64,000 bases of DNA from a virus (IMGVR_UViG_3300020172_003394:1-64000); one strand, 5' to 3'; positions 9,727 through 20,146 are shown, counted from the first letter of the stretch. Notes: generated from the letters alone by a model not told the origin. Translations and numbers: made by a program.

Positions 9727-10341
9727 ATGAAAAAATTATTATTGTTATTGTTGGTTGCACTGCCATTAGAAGCACAAGATACAGTTCGTATTAAACACAG
9801 TAATTATGAAACTGTGTTTTCCAAGAGCAAAAAATATCCTGTGCTTGTGGAATGGTGGGTGACAACAAATAAAATTAAATGCACAAACCCTGTCAAACGA
9901 AATGATAAGTTTATTCCTGACCCCAAGCTCCCCGTAGAAAGCAATGTGGGTGCCGAGTATGTGGGGTCAGGGTTTGACAGAGGACATCTTGCCCCAGCAG
10001 CCGACCAACAATGTTTGGGTGATGCTGTAATGGCGGAAAGTTTCTATTTCACAAACATGGTGCCACAATATCCTGGATTAAATCGTGGGCAATGGAAAGC
10101 ATTGGAGGACCATATACGTAAGTTGGCATTACAACATGATAGTGTGTTTGTACAAGCAGGATGTGTGGGAGAAAAACAAAAAGTGAAATCACTCTCGGTT
10201 CCTACTCATTGTTGGAAAACCGTATATGTACAGGCTACAAAAGAAACAACATATTACGTATTTGAAAATGTTCCACAAAAAACCATTTCGTTTACTACGC
10301 ACATAGTTTCTAAAGACAGTGTAGTGAATCTACGTAGATGA
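9727..10341 (+). CDS. secreted DNA/RNA non-specific endonuclease (NucA/EndoG family)
   Basis: DRGHLAPA, TNMVPQ..LNRGQWKALE, VPTHCWK motifs; signal peptide. Confidence 0.92.
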   Translation: MKKLLLLLLVALPLEAQDTVRIKHSNYETVFSKSKKYPVLVEWWVTTNKIKCTNPVKRNDKFIPDPKLPVESNVGAEYVGSGFDRGHLAPAADQQCLGDAVMAESFYFTNMVPQYPGLNRGQWKALEDHIRKLALQHDSVFVQAGCVGEKQKVKSLSVPTHCWKTVYVQATKETTYYVFENVPQKTISFTTHIVSKDSVVNLRR

Positions 10342-11564
10342 AATTTATAAAAATATTAGTTACGAGTTTGATAGGAATATTAATATACTCGTCAAATGTA
10401 AAAGCACAATCTATTGTACAAACCTGGATAGACCCGTGTACAGGTACAATGCAAACGGCCACATTTCCAATAAGTAATATAGGAGTGGTCATTATGTATC
10501 GCGGTGCCTCAAAAATATTTACGGCACAACAAGCCGCTGCGGGTGAATTGCAGGCATGGATTAATCAAGTTACTGTTGTTATCCCATGTTCAATTGTAAA
10601 TACTCCAGTAATTACGCAAACCGCAGCACAAGCGGCAACACAAGCGGCAAGTGCAGCAGCATCCGCCGCGGCATCGTCGGCAGCATCGTCAGCGGCATCA
10701 GGTGCAGCATCAGAAGCCGCATCATCCGCGGCATCAAGTGCCGCAAGTGGTTCGGTGAGTGCCGGTGCCACCTCATCTCCACCAACAACAAGTTCTTCAT
10801 CATCCGGCAGTAGCACGTCAAGTTCTAGTAGTTCAAGTAGTTCATCAGAATCAAAATCAGAATCAAAATCAGAGAGTAGTGAAAGTAAAGAAGAAAAGAA
10901 AGAAGAAAAGAAAAGTAGCGGCGCCAATAATCCTATCATGGTGGCATCGGACTTTACGGCAGGACAGAATGCCGACGGGAGTGTGGCGGGATTGTTTACG
11001 GTAGGGATATCGCAAAGTAGTTTGGCTGGCGATAAAAGTTATGGGGCAACAGCAATCGTTTGGACATCATTTGACCAAGCCGCCTTATCGGCAAGTTATA
11101 CCAAGATGGCGTTTAAGACAGGTAAATTACATGCGGTTCATAACTATTCATCAACCTATGCCTATTTGAACGGCATTCATATGACGTTGGTGGGATATAC
11201 GTGGGTAAAACCTGATGAAAAATGGGGTGTGTATGGGGTGAATGCAGGTATGATTACGTTGTTTATGCCTGATGGGGGTGGGGTCAACTATTCAACAAGC
11301 TTGGTTGGGTTCTGGATGTATAAACCTATTGAGCTAACGAAAAGAGCAAAAATATCACCACAGATGTTTGTGATAGGAAGTCCTATGAGTTACAATGAAA
11401 TTACTAAACTTACCACAAGTGCCGTAGGAAGTGTGATGATAGGTAACAGTATGGATTATATGATTACCCGACGATTTGGTGCCACAGCAGCCCATCGTAT
11501 GTTGATATCACCCAGTCAAAAACCCTTAAATTTCTTATTAATTGGCGGTCGTATGATATTGTAG
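10338..11564 (+). CDS. exported protein, Ser/Ala-rich linker and C-terminal beta-barrel-like domain
   Basis: signal peptide; low-complexity linker; amphipathic beta-strand pattern. Confidence 0.55.
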   Translation: MKFIKILVTSLIGILIYSSNVKAQSIVQTWIDPCTGTMQTATFPISNIGVVIMYRGASKIFTAQQAAAGELQAWINQVTVVIPCSIVNTPVITQTAAQAATQAASAAASAAASSAASSAASGAASEAASSAASSAASGSVSAGATSSPPTTSSSSSGSSTSSSSSSSSSSESKSESKSESSESKEEKKEEKKSSGANNPIMVASDFTAGQNADGSVAGLFTVGISQSSLAGDKSYGATAIVWTSFDQAALSASYTKMAFKTGKLHAVHNYSSTYAYLNGIHMTLVGYTWVKPDEKWGVYGVNAGMITLFMPDGGGVNYSTSLVGFWMYKPIELTKRAKISPQMFVIGSPMSYNEITKLTTSAVGSVMIGNSMDYMITRRFGATAAHRMLISPSQKPLNFLLIGGRMIL

Positions 11565-11647
11565 TTATAAATACAACATAATCAAACTAGGTTCACCTAA
11601 TTATATAAGCAGGTATGTAATTAATTTACTTATTTTTGGAGGTATGT

Positions 11648-12001
11648 ATGCTACGATTTGTTTTAGTATTAGTATTGAGTGTTGTAATCAATTCCACACT
11701 TACAGCACAGGGTCGTGAATCAATGGGTTCGATACCACAACGTGGAAATGCACCACGCGAGAATAGTATTATTCTTGAATGTCAACCAGTACGAGTAAGT
11801 CCACAACGTGGTGGTTCGGGTACTGAACTTCGTTGTCACCGCATTCCATCACCTCCAATGTTTCGTGGTAATCCCGCATCAAATACCCCACGTGGTTCTA
11901 TAAACCCAGCACCTCCAATAACAGTTGAACAACGTAACGCGATTGAGTTGGCACAAAAACACTTTCAACAAACCGTTGACAGTATTCTTCGTCGGAAATA
12001 A
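11648..12001 (+). CDS. exported hypothetical protein
   Basis: GGAGGT SD; signal peptide. Confidence 0.65.
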   Translation: MLRFVLVLVLSVVINSTLTAQGRESMGSIPQRGNAPRENSIILECQPVRVSPQRGGSGTELRCHRIPSPPMFRGNPASNTPRGSINPAPPITVEQRNAIELAQKHFQQTVDSILRRK

Positions 12002-12019
12002 TGTCAGAGAGGAGAAGTT

Positions 12020-12793
12020 ATGATTAAAAATTTAAGTTTTGCAGAACAAAGTGCGTTGTTTGCACGTTTTAGTAATTTAGCATATAAAACCCCAAAAGAA
12101 GCAGAAAAATTATTTAAGAAAGCAGGATTTGAACAAGTAGTATACTATGGAAACAAAGGTAGTAACGCATATGTAATTGAAAGTGAACATGATGTAGTAG
12201 TTGTATGTCGTGGTACCGAAGTCCAAGAATGGAATGATGTCAAGGCTGACCTTAGTATTGCATTAACACCTTCTCGTTCGGGTATTGGTAAAGTTCATCG
12301 TGGATTTCGTACTTACACTGATAAGATATGGGAACCAATTAAGTCACATATCAGTCCAATTAAAAATAAGGATATTTGGTTTACTGGACATAGTTTAGGT
12401 GCAGCAATGGCAACCTTGATGGCTCGTCGTTGTGCACTCGACATTAGTGTGAGAGTTCCAACCCTATTTACGTATGGAAGTCCACGTGTTGGCAATCGTG
12501 CATATATCAATGAATTTAATGGACGCATCACACATCATCGTTGGGTCAATGATGGAGACATCGTAACAAAAGTTCCATTTGCTCCGATTTACTATCACTG
12601 CGGCACCATGCATCATATTAGTAAAAATGGTAAAGTGACTGTAGAGTACGATAGAAAAATTAGTTGGACTCGTGTTTTATCATTATTCTTACCGCATGGT
12701 ATCTTTAAGTTAATCTCTGGTGATACGAAAGACCACTCATCAGTTGAGTATAGTGAAAAACTGTTATTCTGGTCGCTTAACGATATATCATAA
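12020..12793 (+). CDS. lipase class 3 (alpha/beta hydrolase)
   Basis: RGTE, VHRGF, GHSLGAA, TYGSPRVG, DIVTKVP. Confidence 0.92.
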   Translation: MIKNLSFAEQSALFARFSNLAYKTPKEAEKLFKKAGFEQVVYYGNKGSNAYVIESEHDVVVVCRGTEVQEWNDVKADLSIALTPSRSGIGKVHRGFRTYTDKIWEPIKSHISPIKNKDIWFTGHSLGAAMATLMARRCALDISVRVPTLFTYGSPRVGNRAYINEFNGRITHHRWVNDGDIVTKVPFAPIYYHCGTMHHISKNGKVTVEYDRKISWTRVLSLFLPHGIFKLISGDTKDHSSVEYSEKLLFWSLNDIS

Positions 12794-12867
12794 TATCTAT
12801 TATTAACTATTAAGACGGGGGTTGACATTCGTTGACCTCCGTTTTACTTTTATGTAGGAGGTGTAAT

Positions 12868-13383
12868 ATGCCAAACCCTGTTATTATGCTATCGTTGTTG
12901 GTGTCACTACAACAACTAAAAATTAATAAGATGCCACTTCCAGCACGAGGGATACGGGACAGTACACAAAACTATATTGTGTTACACAACGATGGTTCAA
13001 ATATGACTGCAAGACAAACGCATGGTGTTTTAAGCAGTCGCGGATTGTCGTATCATTATTTCGTGGCACGTGATGGAAAAATATATGAATATGTAAATCC
13101 AAAATACATCGCGCGTCATACAGGTGTGTCTTTTCACAAGGGAATGTTAAACTGGAATAATTTTAGTATAGGTATTTGTTTACAAGGTATGAATGGTTTG
13201 ATATATAGCAACCAACAATACGAAAGTTTAGGTAGGTTGATACAGCAATTACACAACAGATACCCAGACAGTAAATCTCGACCAATACTGACACACGCAG
13301 AAGTTGCATTTCCACCTGGACGTAAAAAAGATCCTGGTGAAACATTTGATTTAACTAAAATAAAATTAGATAGTATACAATAG
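12868..13383 (+). CDS. N-acetylmuramoyl-L-alanine amidase (Amidase_2)
   Basis: IVLH, SYHYFV..DG, SIGICL, THAEV, RKKDPG. Confidence 0.88.
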   Translation: MPNPVIMLSLLVSLQQLKINKMPLPARGIRDSTQNYIVLHNDGSNMTARQTHGVLSSRGLSYHYFVARDGKIYEYVNPKYIARHTGVSFHKGMLNWNNFSIGICLQGMNGLIYSNQQYESLGRLIQQLHNRYPDSKSRPILTHAEVAFPPGRKKDPGETFDLTKIKLDSIQ

Positions 13384-13395
13384 GGGATAAAGGTT

Positions 13396-14409
13396 ATGAT
13401 TAGATACGCTGATGTAATTGTAGATTTACAGGCAGGTGATACGGGGAAAGGGAAGGTTGCTCACGCACTTGCAAATGAGTATGACCTTATCATTCGTTAT
13501 AATGGTGGATCAAACGCTGGTCATACTGTGTATCACGATGGAAAGAAAGTTGTGACGCATCTTGTTCCTATTGGTGTATTGTTCGGTATTCCAAGTGTGA
13601 TTGGATTTGGATGTGTAGTAAATATAAAAAAGTTGGAAGAAGAAATTAAAGATTTAAATAACATTGGTTTTAAGACCGATGGACTTATCTTCGTTGATGA
13701 ACGTTGTCACTTGGTATTGGGCAAACACATCGAAGAAGATAGCTCGGATAACAAGATTGGAACAACCAGACAAGGAATTGGCCCAACGTATCGTGATAAG
13801 TATAACCGCACGGGTATACGGATGAAGGACTTGGGTATCCAACCTTCATTATTATTTTCCGTAATTGATACTTATGAGTTATTCCACAATAAACATAACG
13901 ACTGGCGTATCTTATGTGAAGGTGCGCAAGGTTTCCAAATTGATATTGATTGGGGTGATTATCCATATGTTACCAGCTCGCATTGCACGATTGGGTCAGC
14001 GGTTCTGAATGGAATTCCTCCACAGAAAATACAGAAGGTCATCGGTACTATGAAAGCATACGAAACTTATTCTGGATTTAAAACCACGTTCCAAGATGAA
14101 AACGACCCTATCTTACAAAAGATACAAGAAGTTGGTGGGGAAGTCGGAGCCACCACAGGTCGTAAGCGTAAAGTTCGTTGGTTAGACCTTGATGGTGTTA
14201 TTAAAGCAATCAACATTAATGGAGTCACGGACCTTATCATTAATAAAGCAGATATATTAAAGGAAGTAGGTATATTTAATTATGTATACAAAAATGAATT
14301 ACATAAATGTTATATACTAGATGATATGATTTCAGAAATAGATTGTATATTATATGATAACACCGAAGTAAAAAATATTATTTGGTCAATGACGCCTAAT
14401 GGAATTTAA
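13396..14409 (+). CDS. purA: adenylosuccinate synthetase (short type)
   Basis: GDTGKGK, GGSNAGHT, GTTRQGIGP, EGAQG, YPYVTSS, GATTGRKR. Confidence 0.93.
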   Translation: MIRYADVIVDLQAGDTGKGKVAHALANEYDLIIRYNGGSNAGHTVYHDGKKVVTHLVPIGVLFGIPSVIGFGCVVNIKKLEEEIKDLNNIGFKTDGLIFVDERCHLVLGKHIEEDSSDNKIGTTRQGIGPTYRDKYNRTGIRMKDLGIQPSLLFSVIDTYELFHNKHNDWRILCEGAQGFQIDIDWGDYPYVTSSHCTIGSAVLNGIPPQKIQKVIGTMKAYETYSGFKTTFQDENDPILQKIQEVGGEVGATTGRKRKVRWLDLDGVIKAININGVTDLIINKADILKEVGIFNYVYKNELHKCYILDDMISEIDCILYDNTEVKNIIWSMTPNGI

Positions 14410-14430
14410 TTACTATTTACTAATAGTGGG

Positions 14431-14459
14431 TTGACAAAATTTCACCTGAGGGTTAAGTT
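14431..14459 (+). promoter_or_regulatory. sigma70-type promoter TTGACA-17-TAAGTT
   Basis: consensus match. Confidence 0.55.
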
Positions 14460-14462
14460 AAT

Positions 14463-14675
14463 ATGAAGAAGTTACAAAAATATGTTGTACCTGTAAACAT
14501 TATAGTTTATGGTGAAGATGAGATGGACGCAGTATCATATGTAGAAGAAGCATTAGACAGTAGTTCTATTATCACAGAAGATGGTCTAATCGGAGCAGAG
14601 GTTATGACCGATGATGTCGAACTTTTTGACGAGGGTTACGAAGATGATGATGGATCGTATGAGGACGAAGATTAA
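14463..14675 (+). CDS. hypothetical acidic protein
   Basis: ORF track. Confidence 0.6.
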   Translation: MKKLQKYVVPVNIIVYGEDEMDAVSYVEEALDSSSIITEDGLIGAEVMTDDVELFDEGYEDDDGSYEDED

Positions 14676-14890
14676 TTGGACGAATGTAAAGTTTTGGGTA
14701 CTGATAGTAGCGATTGGTATATTTACGTTGTGGAGTGTTGACAACAACGCAAAGTTTACTCAAACGTATAAAAGTGTGGCATGCCCATCACTATTTAGTA
14801 TCGCACGTTCTTCTCGTGACACACTTATTGTGATGAAAAATGTAGATGTGTGTAATAACTATATAATGGATAACTTGAAGTGAGGTTATT

Positions 14891-15088
14891 ATGGACGCAA
14901 TAGAATACGAACAGAAAGGATTTTTTAAAGGTGTTAACGCTACCATTAAAGATACTGGTTTAAGAGTTGTATTGGTGTCTAACCCAAAAACCGATGAGGT
15001 GGATGCAAAAACTCGTGTATGGGTTGCTATGGAGTTTGACACGCATGTTAGATATTTAGCTATGTTGGAAGATTTACAACTAATTTAA
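14891..15088 (+). CDS. hypothetical protein
   Basis: GAGGT SD; ORF track. Confidence 0.6.
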   Translation: MDAIEYEQKGFFKGVNATIKDTGLRVVLVSNPKTDEVDAKTRVWVAMEFDTHVRYLAMLEDLQLI

Positions 15089-15323
15089 TGAGTTATATAA
15101 ACTAATTACGTAGAAGTATTATGAAACACAATATAGAAGTAAATACTTTTTGTACCATCGTATTTGTATTTGGTGTGTTAGTTGGAACGTTTATGCATGG
15201 ACATATAATGTGGCACGATGTATTTGCCGCTATACTAGCAGGTATAATGTTCAGTGTTATTCGAATCACCCAATTTAGACTACTTATTAAAAAGGTTCTG
15301 GGTAAACTTAGCAAGAAACAATA

Positions 15324-15653
15324 ATGCCAGAACTAAATATTTTTTCACCAGAGGTAACCGCCGCAGGTGGAGCAGCTATCATAGGTGGTATAGTTTTAAA
15401 ATTGATTGAGAAACTATGGTTAAGTAAAACCGTGGTGGACGAACATGCCGTTCTTAGAAAAGAATTACGTGAAGAGTTGGATGCGGTCAAAGAAGAAATC
15501 GCATGTCTCCGTGATGAAGTTGACGAATGGCGTGAAAAGTATTATAGTCAAGTAGAGACAACAAACGAATTGCTGTTCGAAGTAAGTGTATTAAAAACTC
15601 GTCTACGTAAATATGAATCAGATTCAGGCGAGTTTTCTACTGATGATTACTAG
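15324..15653 (+). CDS. N-terminal TM + coiled-coil protein
   Basis: hydrophobic N-terminus, heptad pattern. Confidence 0.65.
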   Translation: MPELNIFSPEVTAAGGAAIIGGIVLKLIEKLWLSKTVVDEHAVLRKELREELDAVKEEIACLRDEVDEWREKYYSQVETTNELLFEVSVLKTRLRKYESDSGEFSTDDY

Positions 15654-15967
15654 TGTAGTTTATACCGTAACGGTAGTTGACCTAAGAAACTTACTTCCGT
15701 TGGGAATAAGAAGAACACCGTTGATTTGCACAGATTTAGAGGATGCAATCTACGCAGTAAAAAATAATTTAAGAGATTTAGCTGATGGGGCAACCTATCA
15801 ATATGCAGTAATAGAACGTAGTGTATTAAACGAAGTTCGTCCCAATCTCGAACAACAAAGTATGAGATTGTGGTATAAATACAATTCCGTGATTGATGAA
15901 TTTGAGGCATGTGAAGTTCCACAAGCATTACGAAATCAAACAGGATTTGGAATTGGTTAACTAAGAG

Positions 15968-16435
15968 GTGAACGTGCAAAATTTTATATTGGGTTTACTT
16001 GCAGGTGGTTTCATAATTGGGACTATAGTATTGATTGTTATGATGGTAAAAGCTATCGCAATCTTAGCAGAATCATTGACCATCATTAAAACCATTTATA
16101 TTGAAGGAAACAAAACACAGCAAATGGTTCACGCTACTATGGAAGCGTCTGAAAACTTTGTTGATGCTTTAAATTCTGCAACTGTTGAAATGGAACGTGC
16201 ACAGCAACAGCAGTCTCAACAGGGATTTTTTCAAGTATTTAAAACACAAGATGGTAAGCATGTTGCACCATCATTTGAGAAATTAATTGAGAAGATGAAA
16301 AACGATCCTGATTACAGTAAAATTACTGAAAGGGATATGGAAGAACTTCGTCGATTATTCGAAGATAATTCAAGTGACGATGAAGATGATATTGATGAAG
16401 AACCCAAAGAACCCTGGAAAGGGGAGGATGAATGA
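15968..16435 (+). CDS. TM-anchored hypothetical protein
   Basis: ORF track; hydrophobic N-terminus. Confidence 0.6.
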   Translation: MNVQNFILGLLAGGFIIGTIVLIVMMVKAIAILAESLTIIKTIYIEGNKTQQMVHATMEASENFVDALNSATVEMERAQQQQSQQGFFQVFKTQDGKHVAPSFEKLIEKMKNDPDYSKITERDMEELRRLFEDNSSDDEDDIDEEPKEPWKGEDE

Positions 16436-16771
16436 TTCCATCGGATAAAGAAATTGCACGCTTGGTGAAGAAACTAAGTGGAAAGCATCCACCAAAACAA
16501 CAAAAAGTAAAGATAGAAAAAGAGGAACACGATGAGGAAGTTCGTCGTGCATCAGCAGACGACATTTTTCGTGAAATGAAGAAGCTGCCGTTTTCTGGCT
16601 GAACCTTACTACATATAATACACATCCCGCATGAGCTCGTGTGGGCAATCAAATACAATTTAAAAACTGCATACTAAGTTTTTAGGGGATATCTCTTGCC
16701 CGTATACTTTTCTAAGAAAGAAAAGAAAAAGAAGCAAAAAGAAAAGAAAGAAAAAAATATAAAATAAAAAA

Positions 16772-17131
16772 ATGAATATAGAAGAAGCTAAAGTACAGGT
16801 GAAGTCAGGATGGCATAAACTAATAGATAAAGTTTATGCTATAACTGACATATTATCTTTTGCTAAAATAAAATCTATTACTTTACGACATTCGATGTTG
16901 CAAATTAATTTTGAATCATCCCTTGACAAATCACAGCAGTATGTGTTAGATTCTATATCGTACAAGATTGAAAGAGAATCTGCAAAACTGTGTGAAGAAT
17001 GTGGTCTGAGTGGTATCAGAAGAAAAGATATAGCAAATTCTCCCTGTCTTTGTATAACATGTTATACATTACAGTATAACGTAATGATGGAATCCGCGTC
17101 ACCACAGGTGACAAATCAAAAACCTCAATAA
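16772..17131 (+). CDS. conserved phage hypothetical with CxxC...CxxC
   Basis: GWHKLI...ESAKLCEECG...LCITC. Confidence 0.65.
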   Translation: MNIEEAKVQVKSGWHKLIDKVYAITDILSFAKIKSITLRHSMLQINFESSLDKSQQYVLDSISYKIERESAKLCEECGLSGIRRKDIANSPCLCITCYTLQYNVMMESASPQVTNQKPQ

Positions 17132-17141
17132 CGAGGCATTT

Positions 17142-17396
17142 ATGTTTTGGCAAGCAGAGGATGTACAACCCGCAGTAAACGTAACGGTCAAGATGTTCGG
17201 TCCACAGGGGACTATGGAATTTGGGAAAAACGTTATCTACAATGCGTCTATCTTCACCAGAGAATTTGGGAAGTTGTGGTATGGTGACCTTAACACAGAT
17301 GGTCTTTCCAATCGACTCAAATCTCTTTCGTCGGTAATTAATATGACCGTTTATATAGTAGATGACAATTTTGATACGCACGTTATCCCTAATTAA
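17142..17396 (+). CDS. hypothetical protein
   Basis: GAGG SD; KLWYGDL motif. Confidence 0.6.
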   Translation: MFWQAEDVQPAVNVTVKMFGPQGTMEFGKNVIYNASIFTREFGKLWYGDLNTDGLSNRLKSLSSVINMTVYIVDDNFDTHVIPN

Positions 17397-17430
17397 AAAT
17401 ATTTAATACTCAACAATCTTTTTTAGGGGC

Positions 17431-17459
17431 TTGACATTAGTGGTGAGGCAGTATATTAT
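17431..17459 (+). promoter_or_regulatory. sigma70-type promoter TTGACA-17-TATTAT
   Basis: consensus match, AT-rich upstream. Confidence 0.75.
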
Positions 17460-17559
17460 TAATGTATACTGAGTGAGACAGTTCCGAAGCTCGCTATCGT
17501 GGTGACGCTCTTACAAATATCGGATATCTTACAAAACTTTTTATAAAGAGGTTATTTTT

Positions 17560-17880
17560 ATGGCAAAGCGCAATCGTAGTACCCGTAACGACTTCTCGAA
17601 GAACCGTTACTTCAACACGACTGAGTTCGAGGCTACTGCTCGTCGGATGACTTCGTACCTCCGTTCACTCTCCAATCGTCGTTCGTCTGGTGTTGTCACC
17701 GCCGACGATGTGAACGCGTACCTCACCCGTGAAGGTGTTCATCAGAAGCAGGTTCGTACTCGCCTTTCGTTCATCAACTCTGTCCTCGCTGGCAGTGGTG
17801 AGTTCGAGCAGAATGGCATGGTCGCTTCGACCCGCCCACAGGCAAAGGGTCGTTCCATCACCGCTTGGATGGCTGCGTAA
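17560..17880 (+). CDS. basic putative DNA-binding protein (winged-helix-like)
   Basis: Arg-rich; strong codon bias; own promoter and terminator. Confidence 0.65.
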   Translation: MAKRNRSTRNDFSKNRYFNTTEFEATARRMTSYLRSLSNRRSSGVVTADDVNAYLTREGVHQKQVRTRLSFINSVLAGSGEFEQNGMVASTRPQAKGRSITAWMAA

Positions 17881-17903
17881 TCTACGTTAAATCCAAGAAA
17901 CTT

Positions 17904-17940
17904 AAACGGGAGAGCTAAAAACTCTCCCGTTTTTGTTTTT
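17904..17940 (+). terminator. intrinsic terminator
   Basis: aaacgggagag/ctctcccgttt hairpin + T-run. Confidence 0.85.
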
Positions 17941-18135
17941 ATGCTACATATGTATATTAGTACGGTTATTCATAAGGAGTTAGGTTATGGCATCGCAATT
18001 TCATGGTAATGAAGTATTTCTACGCTCGTTGACCCCCACGCAACTAGAGCAAATCAGACAAGAAGCTGCAAATTTATCTAGTGGACACGAAGCGGCTCTT
18101 AAAGAACAATTACAACGTTTGAGTATTAAGTAATT

Positions 18136-19272
18136 ATGCGGTTACATTTATTAGGTATTCCACATACCCAAACTACATACGAATTTAGCCACTGTGCTTT
18201 TACTGGTAAAGTGAAACGATTTGCACCTATGATGCAATCCGTTGGATATGATGTTATCCATTACGGAGTAGAAGGTGCACATAGTGGTGCTACATATGAT
18301 GTTAATTTAATGTCGTTTGATGAATGGACTGGAATTCGTACTAAATTATTTAAAGAAATTTATGGTGATCGTAATGTCATGCCAACAGATTTTATTGGTG
18401 ATTTAGCAAATACAGGAAATGAACTGTATCAAACATTCAACGCACGCTTGAAAATTCAATTAGGTAGAAATCTAGACAAACACGACATTATTTGCTTACC
18501 GTTTGGATTTGCACATGATACGGCAATTAAAGACTTCTCAAATCCAAAAGTAGAAACTGGTATTGGGTATCCAAATTCATATCAAGATTTTAGAATATTT
18601 GAAAGTAATGCATGGTATCATTATGAGATTGGTAGAGAAGGTCGTAGTGGTCACGACTATCACTGGGTTATCCCAAATTATTTTAAGGTAGATGATTGGG
18701 ACTTTAATCCCACACCAGAACGATATGTGGCATATTTCGGTAGATTATCGCACATTAAGGGTGTAAATATTGTTAGCGAAATAGCACAGGCACGTCCTGA
18801 CTTACAATTCAAGATTTGTGGTCAAGGTGACCCAACACCATTCTTAACCTCACCAAATATTGAATATGTTCCACCAATTCATGGGAGAGAACGTTCTAAA
18901 TTCTTAGGTAACGCAATGGCAGTTATCATGCCAACACGTTATGTAGAACCATTTGGTGGAGTAACAGTAGAAGCAGAACTTTGTGGAACACCAGTGTTGG
19001 GTTCCTCATTCGGAAGCTTTACCGAAACTGTTGAACATGGAAAAACTGGATATCAATGCCGCACTCTTGGTGATTTCTTAGCAGGATTGGAGCAAGTCGA
19101 AAACGGCGCAATTGACAGAGCATATGTCCGCAATTTTGCAGTAGAACATTTTGATATGTACAAGTTAGCTCACAAATATGATGGTGTATTTAGACAAATT
19201 AATGATATATCAACTGATAAGGGATGGTATAGTAAACGTTCAATGATTGGACCAGTTACGGGGGTCGTATGA
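18136..19272 (+). CDS. glycosyltransferase family 4 (GT-B)
   Basis: FGRL..IKG, EPFGGVTVEA..CGTPV, TVEHGKTG. Confidence 0.9.
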   Translation: MRLHLLGIPHTQTTYEFSHCAFTGKVKRFAPMMQSVGYDVIHYGVEGAHSGATYDVNLMSFDEWTGIRTKLFKEIYGDRNVMPTDFIGDLANTGNELYQTFNARLKIQLGRNLDKHDIICLPFGFAHDTAIKDFSNPKVETGIGYPNSYQDFRIFESNAWYHYEIGREGRSGHDYHWVIPNYFKVDDWDFNPTPERYVAYFGRLSHIKGVNIVSEIAQARPDLQFKICGQGDPTPFLTSPNIEYVPPIHGRERSKFLGNAMAVIMPTRYVEPFGGVTVEAELCGTPVLGSSFGSFTETVEHGKTGYQCRTLGDFLAGLEQVENGAIDRAYVRNFAVEHFDMYKLAHKYDGVFRQINDISTDKGWYSKRSMIGPVTGVV

Positions 19273-20114
19273 ATAAAATTGGTGTAATAGGGTTGGGTTA
19301 TGTGGGAACAGCCGTGCAGAAAGGTTTTGAATCTACACACACCGTCCTAACATACGATATTGCAAAAGAATGTACGGAAGATTCTGTTTCTAGTTTAGCA
19401 AACAAAGTTGGTATTATTTTCATATGTGTTCCGACACCAATGAATCTAGATGGAACATGTAATACGGATATAGTAGAATTTGTATTAAACGAAATATCAA
19501 CACGTAACGAATCCGAAAGTTCGGTACCAATATGTGTTATCAAATCTACAGTCACACCAGGAACAACAAACAAACTAGTAGAAAAGTTTTCAAATCTGAC
19601 GATTTGCTTTAATCCAGAGTTTCTGACTGAAAAAAACTATATCAATGATTTCATATCACAAGTAGATATCATAGTGGGATATACACATAATCGCAGACAA
19701 GTAAAGATGGTTGCTGACGCATATTTGGAACGTTTTCCAAACTGCAATATAAGATATACAACAGCAAAAGAAGCGGAAATGATTAAATATGTTGCAAATA
19801 CGATGTTGTCTGCAAAGGTTGCATACCTCAACGAAATATATCAGATATGTCAAAAGGTTGGCATAGAGTATAACAACATCGCAAAAACTTTAAAGTGTGA
19901 TATACGACTAGGAACATCACATTGGGAAGTTCCAGGACCAGACGGACACTTTGGTTTTGGGGGAACGTGTTTTCCAAAAGATATAAATGCTTTGATTCAA
20001 TTTGCAAAGGAAAATGGTCAAGACGTTCCTTTACTAGAAGCGGTATGGAACAAAAATTTAGAAGTCAGACCCCAACGAGATTGGGAACTTGATAAAGGTA
20101 GAGCAGTAGTATAA
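19269..20114 (+). CDS. UDP-glucose/GDP-mannose dehydrogenase family
   Basis: GLGYVG, CVPTP, KSTVTPG, NPEFL, GFGGTCFPKD. Confidence 0.92.
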   Translation: MNKIGVIGLGYVGTAVQKGFESTHTVLTYDIAKECTEDSVSSLANKVGIIFICVPTPMNLDGTCNTDIVEFVLNEISTRNESESSVPICVIKSTVTPGTTNKLVEKFSNLTICFNPEFLTEKNYINDFISQVDIIVGYTHNRRQVKMVADAYLERFPNCNIRYTTAKEAEMIKYVANTMLSAKVAYLNEIYQICQKVGIEYNNIAKTLKCDIRLGTSHWEVPGPDGHFGFGGTCFPKDINALIQFAKENGQDVPLLEAVWNKNLEVRPQRDWELDKGRAVV

Positions 20115-20146
20115 AATATTATTGAATACTATATATTAAGACCGAC

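Noticed and set aside
10600-10920. Tandem DNA repeat or curli-like amyloid repeats
   Set aside because: A low-complexity Ser/Ala then Glu/Lys linker without the Q/N-G curlin repeat pattern
13396-14409. PurZ / 2-aminoadenine (Z) genome system, given a short PurA-like gene and an HD hydrolase at 24097
   Set aside because: The catalytic Asp (GDTGKG) and a GTP-type NKAD motif are PurA-like, whereas PurZ has Ser there; the HD protein is distant and YhaM-like
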